The notes under the pieces: generated by a model
Seen by the model: only the letters and a program-made list of their open reading frames with translations
Told to the model about the DNA's origin: nothing
The model's database searches: none
Translations under genes and position numbers: made by a program
Shown: one piece after another, positions 1 through 7,493 of the stretch
Layout: every line of letters starts with the position of its first letter
Position numbering within the stretch: position 1 is the stretch's first letter
From: Candidatus Hermodarchaeota archaeon
GTDB lineage: Archaea; Asgardarchaeota; Lokiarchaeia; Sigyniarchaeales; SOKP01
Direction of reading: 5' to 3'
Assembly: GCA_048885925.1 (NCBI GenBank)
Contig: JBHLLG010000075.1
Span: 1 to 13,565, forward strand
DNA: 13,565 nucleotides

Positions 1-1
1 C

Positions 2-46
2 AATGATTTGACGAGAAAAATAAAATTTTTGGATATCCTTGATTGA
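2..46 (+). CDS. Possible 3' end of a gene entering from the left edge (..NDLTRKIKFLDILD*)
   Basis: Frame is open from the window edge to TGA at 44-46 and converges on the GTPase stop at 63. Only 14 codons are visible, so it cannot be confirmed. Confidence 0.25.
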   Translation, partial: NDLTRKIKFLDILD

Positions 47-62
47 TATCATCATACATTTT

Positions 63-602
63 CTATTCTTCTTTATATTTATCGTATAATTCTTTTATAA
101 TTGCCTGGAAAGCATTGAAAACACCACTCCCTGTTCTAGCTGATGTTTTGTAATAACCAAGAAAATTTTTTTCTTTTACGATTTTGTTTATTTCATCATC
201 ATTTAAATCTTTTTCGTCAACTAAGTCTGTTTTATTACCAAATAAAACAATTGGGAGATCTCCAGTATACTTTTTAATATCTTCATGCCAATTACTTATA
301 TGATTAAAACTATCTGCATCAGTATGGGAGAATACTATTATCGCTGCTTTACTACCCTTGTAAAACGTCGGGCGCATAAAGTTAAATTCATCCTGTCCTG
401 CTATATCCCAAAAAAATAATTTACAATTATCTCCTTCAACTTCTTCATCGTATTTTGAAAATTGAGCTCCTAAAGTCTTGATATAGTCCTTTTGAAAACT
501 TCCTTGAGTATATTTTTTGATTAGTGAAGTTTTTCCAACTGCTCCATCCCCAATAACAGTAATTTTAAAAACGAATCCTTTAGCAACATCATTCTTTCCC
601 AT
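63..602 (-). CDS. Ras-superfamily (Rab-like) small GTPase, canonical G boxes
   Basis: G1 GDGAVGKTS, G2 Thr (YIKTLG), G3 WDIAGQ, G4 NKTD, G5 TSAR; no C-terminal Cys. The ORF track starts at GTG 611. ATG at 602 (MGKNDV) is preferred because the GTGAT at 611-607 looks like an archaeal ribosome-binding site. Confidence 0.95.
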   Translation of the reverse strand: MGKNDVAKGFVFKITVIGDGAVGKTSLIKKYTQGSFQKDYIKTLGAQFSKYDEEVEGDNCKLFFWDIAGQDEFNFMRPTFYKGSKAAIIVFSHTDADSFNHISNWHEDIKKYTGDLPIVLFGNKTDLVDEKDLNDDEINKIVKEKNFLGYYKTSARTGSGVFNAFQAIIKELYDKYKEE

Positions 603-727
603 TAAAATCACTTTGTGGTTTTTTTGTATAATTCTGTTTTTAATGCAATTTAATGAAATATTATTTTTTTTATTTGTTAATTTATATTAATAATAATAAC
701 ACGTTTTAAATATTTATATTGGAACTT

Positions 728-1174
728 ATGGTTCAAGATCCAAATGATATGTTGTTTTGTGAGGATTGTAGGATGAATGTATTTCCTACTAGACCTAAAT
801 TTAAAATAAAAATATTTGGAGTTTTAGCAATTTTTATGATCTGCGTATTCACGGCAATTACATTTATTTTTTCAATAATTTTTTCTGGAATATTTCTTTT
901 TATTTATTTTATGTGGGGTTTTATGATAGTTAATCCATATCTCGTATATTATGGCTTACAGCCAAAACTATATTGTCCAATATGTTTTAAAAGGACAACT
1001 GAGAGAAATTTAGAATATAAACCATTTGGAGATAAGCAATCTGAAATATATAAAACTCTAACTCCTTCTAATAATATAGAAATGATTTGGTATTGCCCTT
1101 ATTGTGGTAATGCAATTTCTAAAGAAGCAAAATTTTGTAAGTCCTGTGGAAAAAAATTTGAAATAAAAAGGTAA
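728..1174 (+). CDS. Membrane-associated LITAF-like zinc-binding protein with C-terminal zinc ribbon
   Basis: CEDC, then a hydrophobic stretch of about 45 aa, then CPIC, followed by CPYCGNAISKEAKFCKSCG (typical zinc ribbon). Start is ATG 728 or TTG 719. The CDS is secure; the LITAF label is a pattern-based inference. Confidence 0.75.
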   Translation: MVQDPNDMLFCEDCRMNVFPTRPKFKIKIFGVLAIFMICVFTAITFIFSIIFSGIFLFIYFMWGFMIVNPYLVYYGLQPKLYCPICFKRTTERNLEYKPFGDKQSEIYKTLTPSNNIEMIWYCPYCGNAISKEAKFCKSCGKKFEIKR

Positions 1175-1183
1175 GTTAATTTT

Positions 1184-1678
1184 ATGGAAATATTAGATAA
1201 AATCTCAAGGATAATAGAAACTTTTTCAGACAATAAAATACAATTTGCAGTTGCAGAATCGTGTACAGGAGGTTATATATCACATATGTTCACTAATATT
1301 TCTGGAGCGTCAAAGGTATTTGAAAGAGGAATTGTATGTTATAGTAATCAAGCAAAAATAGATCTATTAAATATTGATCCGGAAATTATCGAGACATATG
1401 GGGCAGTATCTGAAAATGTTGTTAAACAATTAGCTACTAATATAAGGATGATTTCAAATGTTGATATTGGAATAGGAATTAGTGGTATCGCAGGACCAAC
1501 AGGAGGAACTCCAGAAAAACCAGTAGGACTTGTTTTCATCGGATTTTCTACAAAAGAAGAAGTTTCTGTACAGCAATATAATTTTGAAACAGATCGCATA
1601 ACTTTTAAAAAAAAAGTTTTGGAAAAAGTAGTTCAAATATTAGAAGAGTTTAATCAAGGAAAAAATAAAAAATTTTAA
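1184..1678 (+). CDS. cinA: CinA C-terminal domain protein / nicotinamide mononucleotide deamidase (PncC family)
   Basis: Family motifs AVAESCTGG, SGAS, YSNQAK, YGAVSE and ISGIAGPTGGTPEKPVGLVFIG. Starts 9 nt after the previous gene, so probably co-transcribed. Confidence 0.93.
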   Translation: MEILDKISRIIETFSDNKIQFAVAESCTGGYISHMFTNISGASKVFERGIVCYSNQAKIDLLNIDPEIIETYGAVSENVVKQLATNIRMISNVDIGIGISGIAGPTGGTPEKPVGLVFIGFSTKEEVSVQQYNFETDRITFKKKVLEKVVQILEEFNQGKNKKF

Positions 1679-2865
1679 TTATCAATTAATCTTCCATTTT
1701 CCATTATTTTTTTTTTGGAACCATCAATATATTCTACTGTAATGTTAACCTTGGGTGTAGTTACAAAATCCCAATGCATTTGAGAAACTGATGTACCTCC
1801 AAAATGATTATTAGAACCAAATGCTACATGAACGCTCCCATTGATTTTCTCATCTGTAAGAATATATCCAATTGCTTTAGTTATTATAGGATTACATCCA
1901 ATACCAAGTTCAGCAACATTATATGTTCTTAATTCAGGTAAATTCAATTCTTTATCAAGTTGTTCACGTTGTTTAAAACAGAAAATCAATTCTTCAACAT
2001 CATTGTCTGAAGAGACTTTATCTATCAATAATTTACCGTCTTTAAATATAAGTTCTACATTTCTTATAATTTTCTGATTATAATATCTTTCCATTGTTAA
2101 AGGGCAAAATAACTTTCCTTCTCCTTGTAATTCATGCGTAGCGAAGAAAACTTCCCCTGCTGGTAAATTTCCTCCTAAATCCCCTAATGCAATCTGTTCA
2201 TCTGAAATGATTCCATCGTCAAGAATTTTGGGTCGATTTTCAACAGAAACCCAAAAATCAGTGCCGAGATCGTCATTTATATGGACATTTTTAGCGTGTT
2301 CAAAATAGTTTCCTAAATTCAATGTAATGCTAGTTAATTTTTCTGAAGGAAAACTAATCCCATCAATAATAAATTTTTCAAATAAATCGTAATCAATATT
2401 ATAATAATGTGCTGCTTTTTTCGAAGGCCATGCGGCGTAGATCCACTTTTTTCCAGGAGCGTATTCCTCCTTCATTCCATAAAGTATTTCTCTCCATGCG
2501 GTTCGTGATTTTTGATAAGCTTCTAGTTTTTCTTTGGGTACTCTATTACGAATAGAAGGATCTTCAAGAGGTTCTATAACAATATAAGCATCTATATGTT
2601 CAAACATTTTTGTAAAATGTAATGGTGTTGCTCCAAGCGTTTCAATCTTTATTTGATCATCGGTAAATCTTATTTGATCAAAATAATCACTATACGAGAA
2701 TATATGAGGTATACCTCCTAATCTAAGAATACTTAATCCAATTTCTTCAAGTAGTTCATAACAATAAAAACCCCCATGTATAAGAATTAATTCACCCTCT
2801 TTCTTTATATTTATACTTTTAGCAATATTCTTTGCACATAATTTAATTTTTTCTTTAGTAATCAT
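1675..2865 (-). CDS. Aminopeptidase, peptidase family M29 (aminopeptidase T/II-like thermophilic metalloprotease)
   Basis: Motifs NLPAGEVF, AELGIGCNP, DEKINGSVHVAFG and SQMHWDFV; 396 aa fits the family. Confidence 0.9.
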   Translation of the reverse strand: MITKEKIKLCAKNIAKSINIKKEGELILIHGGFYCYELLEEIGLSILRLGGIPHIFSYSDYFDQIRFTDDQIKIETLGATPLHFTKMFEHIDAYIVIEPLEDPSIRNRVPKEKLEAYQKSRTAWREILYGMKEEYAPGKKWIYAAWPSKKAAHYYNIDYDLFEKFIIDGISFPSEKLTSITLNLGNYFEHAKNVHINDDLGTDFWVSVENRPKILDDGIISDEQIALGDLGGNLPAGEVFFATHELQGEGKLFCPLTMERYYNQKIIRNVELIFKDGKLLIDKVSSDNDVEELIFCFKQREQLDKELNLPELRTYNVAELGIGCNPIITKAIGYILTDEKINGSVHVAFGSNNHFGGTSVSQMHWDFVTTPKVNITVEYIDGSKKKIMENGRLIDN

Positions 2866-3040
2866 ATCATTACAAAATATAAGATAAATAATATTTCTTA
2901 TTAAATACTGTAAATAAAATTAAATGGGATAATAATCAAAGGATTTATTATAAAAAGTTATTATATTTAAATAATGAAATGAATATATTAAATGGAACAA
3001 TATACTCAAAAATTCATCATATAATACGGATCAATAAACA

Positions 3041-3502
3041 ATGGTCATTCGCGAAGCTGGGTTATTATTCAGAGGGTATACATTAGTCAAAAAAAGCTAC
3101 CATAAAACTACAAAAGGAAAAATTGATAAAGATTTAAGAAGTGGGTTGTTAACCGCAATTTTAAATTTTGCTCAGTCTACTTTTTCAAAAGATCTAATTG
3201 AATATTTTGAGGGAAAGAAATATCTTATAGCATTTATTGAAGATTATATTAACTCTGAAGATAGTTTTGAACCTGAACTTTTAATTTCTTACGCTATTTT
3301 AGATAGAGAGAAAAAGGTGGAAAAATATATACATAAAGTTGTACAACCATTATTAAAACAAATGTCAAAGGAATTTAAGTCTTTAGGTTCGGGAAAAAAT
3401 TTATCTCAAGTATCTCAATTTAAGGATTTCAAAAAAACTCTTGACAGGATTTTTGGATCTGATACTCAGACTGTTGATCAAAAATTAAAAGATATTTTTT
3501 AA
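3041..3502 (+). CDS. Stand-alone longin-like domain protein
   Basis: The sequence pattern fits beta-beta-alpha-beta-beta-beta-alpha-alpha. The alpha1 helix DKDLRSGLLTAILNFAQSTF resembles the D-x-D-L-x-SG-x-L-x-A-I-x-x-F pattern of Asgard longin-like proteins. 153 aa. Confidence 0.72.
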   Translation: MVIREAGLLFRGYTLVKKSYHKTTKGKIDKDLRSGLLTAILNFAQSTFSKDLIEYFEGKKYLIAFIEDYINSEDSFEPELLISYAILDREKKVEKYIHKVVQPLLKQMSKEFKSLGSGKNLSQVSQFKDFKKTLDRIFGSDTQTVDQKLKDIF

Positions 3503-3534
3503 AAAAATTTATGATACAGTTGAGTACTTCAATA

Positions 3535-4491
3535 TCATTTTTTTGTTTCTTTTTGTTTTTTCTTTAAAAACCAGAATATTAATGGCAATGCAATAGTTGC
3601 ATCAGAAATTATTGTAGAATATTTTGCGACTTCATTTATTTTACCCCATGAAATTGCCTCTCTTAAAGAAGCCCCACTTAATCCTCCCGGCTCGGATCTG
3701 TCCATAGTAATCTGTATAGCATACATAGCAGAATTAGGGGAAAATTGTAACGATTGCATTATAAAATTTTTGGGGACTCCACCTCCCACAATACATATTC
3801 CAGCAGTTTTTGCGTCCCATGCTAAATTAACCAATTCTAACATATCTGCAAAATGGTTAAAATTTAACTTTTGATGATGAAATCCTAACTGCATTGCTAA
3901 ACCTGAATCTGTAAACGCAGGACAAAAAATTGGTACATTTTTTTCAGCACATATTCGAAGAATAGAACAAGAATTTTTTGGAAGTTGCTCTCCAAGAAAT
4001 TTCAAAAATGAACTAACTGGCATTTGCATATCTGGTATATGTAATTTTGATATAAAATCTTCAATTTGTTCATATATTTTATTTGGCATAAAAACATCAA
4101 AAATTCTATTAATATCTTCTTTGTGTAGATACCTATCATTAACATCATTGGATTGAAGATCTCCTTGTAAGTGATGGAATCCTAAAGCTTCTGCGAGATC
4201 ATGAGTTAAATTTGCCCCTGTAGTAACTAATATGTCAATAAAATCCTCATTAATGAAGTTATAGATAATTCTTTGCATTCCTACTGGAACCATAGCTCCT
4301 GCTAAACCAAAAAATTTAATGCAATTCGGATCATTAATCATATTATTATATATTTCACAGCCTAATGCTAATCTTTTTGCATTAAATCCTGTATCTTTTA
4401 ATGAATTTATTAATTCAACTATATCCGTATCTTCAGTGATATCAAATTGATTTACTTTTCTCAATTTCTCTTTAATATCTTTTTCTGACAT
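3535..4491 (-). CDS. dys: Deoxyhypusine synthase
   Basis: Motifs TGFNA, AGAMVP, VTTGANLTHD, PIFCPAFTDS, GGGVPKNF and GGLSGASLREAISWGK with the catalytic Lys retained. ATG 4491 (MSEKD) is preferred to TTG 4500. Confidence 0.95.
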   Translation of the reverse strand: MSEKDIKEKLRKVNQFDITEDTDIVELINSLKDTGFNAKRLALGCEIYNNMINDPNCIKFFGLAGAMVPVGMQRIIYNFINEDFIDILVTTGANLTHDLAEALGFHHLQGDLQSNDVNDRYLHKEDINRIFDVFMPNKIYEQIEDFISKLHIPDMQMPVSSFLKFLGEQLPKNSCSILRICAEKNVPIFCPAFTDSGLAMQLGFHHQKLNFNHFADMLELVNLAWDAKTAGICIVGGGVPKNFIMQSLQFSPNSAMYAIQITMDRSEPGGLSGASLREAISWGKINEVAKYSTIISDATIALPLIFWFLKKKQKETKK

Positions 4492-4496
4492 CCATC

Positions 4497-5402
4497 TCAA
4501 AATTTATTTTTATTTGAAATAAAAGATATGAATTCTACTATCAATTTTGCTGCCAAATTACATGTCATTCTATTGTCTAAATCTAAGTTGGGAGCCACCT
4601 CAACCAGATCAAAACCTATAATTTCAAAATTGTAAGAGATTTCCTTTAGAATTTTCCAAAGTTCCCTATAAGAAAATCCCCCTGGAATAGCAAAACCCGT
4701 ACCAGGAGCAATAGAAGGATCTAGTACATCAATATCTATTGAAACATAAAGGTATTTTATATTAGATTTTTTAAAAAAACTTATTATTCGCTCTATATAA
4801 TTATCTAATCCGTTTAATAATTCATAAGCCTTTAAATAATTAATATTCTCGGCATCTGCTATTTCCAATTCTGGAATATCGATATCTCTTGCTCCTACAA
4901 TAAGCAAATTTTGATTATTAATATATTCTAAATCATAAATTCTATGAGATATGGTTGCATGTGAATACACACCCTTATCCCATTGCTGGTATAAATCTAA
5001 ATGAGCATCAAATAATAATACTCCTAAATCCTTCTTTTGATCAAATAGATCTCCCACAGTCTTTATGACAGGATAAGAACAGAAATGATCCCCACCTATC
5101 ATTATTGGAATTACACTTTTATTACTTTTATATATACTTTTAATAAAATCATTGATATTCTTGATATTTTTTTCCACATTACTAGATTCAATTACAACAT
5201 CTCCAATATCAGCAACTTTAAACAGAGGTATATGGTTTCCTAATTCTGTAGTTAAACCAATATCATTTGTCACATTTCTAATCTTTTTAGGGGCAATTGA
5301 TGAATCTGGTAAATCTATTGAGGTTAAATAATCCCAAGGTATGCCAAAAATTACAAATTGTGTATCTTCCTCAATATTTTTATCAAAGTCAAAAAACTTC
5401 AT
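4497..5402 (-). CDS. speB: Agmatinase (arginase/ureohydrolase family)
   Basis: Metal-ligand motifs GGDH, DAHLD, SHAT and SIDIDVLDP, plus PGTG..PGG and DLVEVAP. Family is secure; substrate is inferred from similarity and context. Confidence 0.87.
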   Translation of the reverse strand: MKFFDFDKNIEEDTQFVIFGIPWDYLTSIDLPDSSIAPKKIRNVTNDIGLTTELGNHIPLFKVADIGDVVIESSNVEKNIKNINDFIKSIYKSNKSVIPIMIGGDHFCSYPVIKTVGDLFDQKKDLGVLLFDAHLDLYQQWDKGVYSHATISHRIYDLEYINNQNLLIVGARDIDIPELEIADAENINYLKAYELLNGLDNYIERIISFFKKSNIKYLYVSIDIDVLDPSIAPGTGFAIPGGFSYRELWKILKEISYNFEIIGFDLVEVAPNLDLDNRMTCNLAAKLIVEFISFISNKNKF

Positions 5403-5430
5403 ACATTTTACCGTTTTTAATTATTTTAAC

Positions 5431-7146
5431 TCACATTTTATCAAGTGTTTCAATTCCTAAGATTTTTAATCCTATCTTTATTACTATTTGTACACATTGT
5501 ATAAGTAATAATCTTGCTTTTTCTAAATCTTTATTATCAGATATAACTTGACACGAAGTGTAAAAAGAATTAAAAGCTTGACATAAAATTAATAAATATT
5601 GAGCAATTAAATGAACGTTATATGTCTGCTCAGCAGAACTCATTATTTCGGGGAAATAATTTAATTGTTTTATTAAGTTTATTTCATTCTCATGATTTAA
5701 TATATCCCAGTTAATATCAGAACTTACAGATATCTCCGATTTTGATAAGATTGATGCAATCCTTGCATAACAATATTGAATATATGGGCCAGTTTCTCCT
5801 TCAAATGAGATGCTTTCATCTGGTTTAAAAGTAAATCCTTTTCCAGCAGTATATTTCAATATAAAGAATTTAAGTGCACCCAATCCTATAATTTCTGCCC
5901 TTCTTGATTTTTCTGAGGCAGAAATATTAGGATATCTTTTATTTACTTCAATAAATGCCAAATTTTCTATTTCTTCAATTATATCATCAGCATCAACAAT
6001 AATTCCCTCCCGACTTTTCATTTTTCCCGTTGGTAGATCAATCATTCCATAAGATAAGTGATAATTATCTTCTTTGAATCCTAGCATCTCTAAAATTGCA
6101 AAAAGCCATTTGAAATGCTGGATTTGTTCGTCGCCAACAACATAAATCGATCTGTCATAATTGAAATCTTCTTTTTTCTTATAAGCCAGATAAATGTCTT
6201 GAGTAATATAAATTGAAGTACCATCATTCCTTATTAACACTTTATCTTCAAGATTATATTTCTCCTTTAATCTTGCAATGATCGCACCATCTTCAGTTTT
6301 TTCAAATATTCCGTTATTTAATCCTTCAATGATCTTCTCTTTTCCTTTTAGATATAAATCAGATTCATAATATTCCTTATCAAATGAAATTCCTAATTTA
6401 TTAAATGTTATTCTAAAACCATCAATAGCCCATTTATTCATTAAATTCCATAAATCGAGAGTTTTTTTATTTCCTGCTTCCCATTGCCTTAAGATCTCAT
6501 AAGCTTCTTCATTTAATTTTTCATCTTTTTGCGCCATTTCGCTAAATTTTACATAAAAGTCTCCCACGTAATGATCACTCTTTTTATTTGGTTTCTTATT
6601 ATTTCCCCATTTTTTATATGCAAGCATACTTTTACAAATATGAATGCCACGATTATTATATAAATTTACCTGGAATACATCATATCCCTTGTATTCAAGT
6701 AAATTAGAGAGTGATTTGCCAAGCAGCATATTTCTAACATGACCAAAATGAAGCGGTTTATTAGTGTTTGGAGAAGGATATTCAATTACAACTCTTAATT
6801 TCTCTCTTTTTACTTTATCAACTAAAGCTCGAATCTTTCCGTAATTATTCTTAAAATTAAAAATATTCGTAAGGATATATCTTGATTTTATTTTAAAATT
6901 GAGATAAGGACCAATAGCTTTAACTTCATCTAAAAATTCAATTTGTTTAAATCTATTCTCTAAATCTTTAGCTATTAAATCTGGTGATTCCTTTTTAAAT
7001 TTCGCTATCCTAAAACAAGGAAAAGCATATGTGTATTCAATTTCTGAAGGTGGTATTTCTATAAGGGCTTGAATCTCCTCTTCTTTAAGATCTGTAATAT
7101 ATCCACTTAAAAGTTCAGCGATTGTTTTCTTGTCAATGAATTGCAT
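5431..7146 (-). CDS. argS: Arginine--tRNA ligase
   Basis: EYPSPNTNKPLHFGHVRN (HIGH motif), GKMKSREG (KMSKS motif), FEGETGPYIQY, anticodon-binding helical domain and the conserved terminal Met (LDKM*). Confidence 0.97.
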   Translation of the reverse strand: MQFIDKKTIAELLSGYITDLKEEEIQALIEIPPSEIEYTYAFPCFRIAKFKKESPDLIAKDLENRFKQIEFLDEVKAIGPYLNFKIKSRYILTNIFNFKNNYGKIRALVDKVKREKLRVVIEYPSPNTNKPLHFGHVRNMLLGKSLSNLLEYKGYDVFQVNLYNNRGIHICKSMLAYKKWGNNKKPNKKSDHYVGDFYVKFSEMAQKDEKLNEEAYEILRQWEAGNKKTLDLWNLMNKWAIDGFRITFNKLGISFDKEYYESDLYLKGKEKIIEGLNNGIFEKTEDGAIIARLKEKYNLEDKVLIRNDGTSIYITQDIYLAYKKKEDFNYDRSIYVVGDEQIQHFKWLFAILEMLGFKEDNYHLSYGMIDLPTGKMKSREGIIVDADDIIEEIENLAFIEVNKRYPNISASEKSRRAEIIGLGALKFFILKYTAGKGFTFKPDESISFEGETGPYIQYCYARIASILSKSEISVSSDINWDILNHENEINLIKQLNYFPEIMSSAEQTYNVHLIAQYLLILCQAFNSFYTSCQVISDNKDLEKARLLLIQCVQIVIKIGLKILGIETLDKM

Positions 7147-7229
7147 TTTTAAAAATAGAATATTCTCAAAAAATATAATTAATATAGAGTTTATTACTTT
7201 TTTCAGTTTTGATAAATATATCTAAAATA

Positions 7230-7388
7230 GCACATAAAATTTATGATATTGAAATTAGCGATAAATTAATAACTATATGTCATTTGAACAAGAAGCTAAA
7301 AAAAAATCATTATCAATTGCCTATTTTTAATTAAAAAGTTATAGAATTAAATGATAAGTAAATTTGAGGTTTAAATATATTATTGTGC
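7230..7388. mobile_element. Candidate MITE-like insertion (159 bp)
   Basis: Ends GCACA (7230-7234) and TGTGC (7384-7388) are inverted repeats with weak AT-rich extension. Each directly abuts a copy of TAAAATA (7223-7229 and 7389-7395), resembling a 7-bp target-site duplication. The repeats are short and the context is AT-rich. Confidence 0.25.
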
Positions 7389-7427
7389 TAAAATAAGGTT
7401 AAGTAATAATAATTTTATATTAATTTC

Positions 7428-7481
7428 AAAAAAAATTTACATTTTTACAAAGAATTTAAATTGATTTCTTCTAATGAAGAA
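7428..7481 (-). terminator. Possible terminator of the dehalogenase-like gene
   Basis: Small hairpin TTCTTC-taat-GAAGAA (7466-7481) and an 8-T run on the minus strand (7435-7428) downstream of the stop at 7494. Confidence 0.3.
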
Positions 7482-7493
7482 TTTACTTCAATT

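Noticed and set aside
32-50. GATATC-N7-GATATC repeat/hairpin near the left edge
   Set aside because: Only 6 bp and context is truncated; cannot be distinguished from chance.
1601-1620. TTTTAAAAAAAAA as a programmed frameshift or phase-variation site in cinA
   Set aside because: The gene is intact and of normal length in one frame; homopolymers are common throughout the window.
1348-1636. Minus-strand ORFs 1348-1599 and 1454-1636
   Set aside because: Antisense shadows of the well-supported cinA gene; no motifs.
1841-2077. Plus-strand 78-aa ORF
   Set aside because: Antisense to the conserved catalytic region of the M29 peptidase; Ser/Ile-rich shadow composition.
2979-3086. Short upstream or overlapping ORFs before the longin-like gene (ATG 2979 and ATG 2992)
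   Set aside because: 10-35 codons, out of frame, no ribosome-binding site; expected by chance in AT-rich DNA.
5297-6052. Plus-strand ORFs 5297-5551 and 5810-6052
   Set aside because: Antisense to speB/argS with no independent coding signal.
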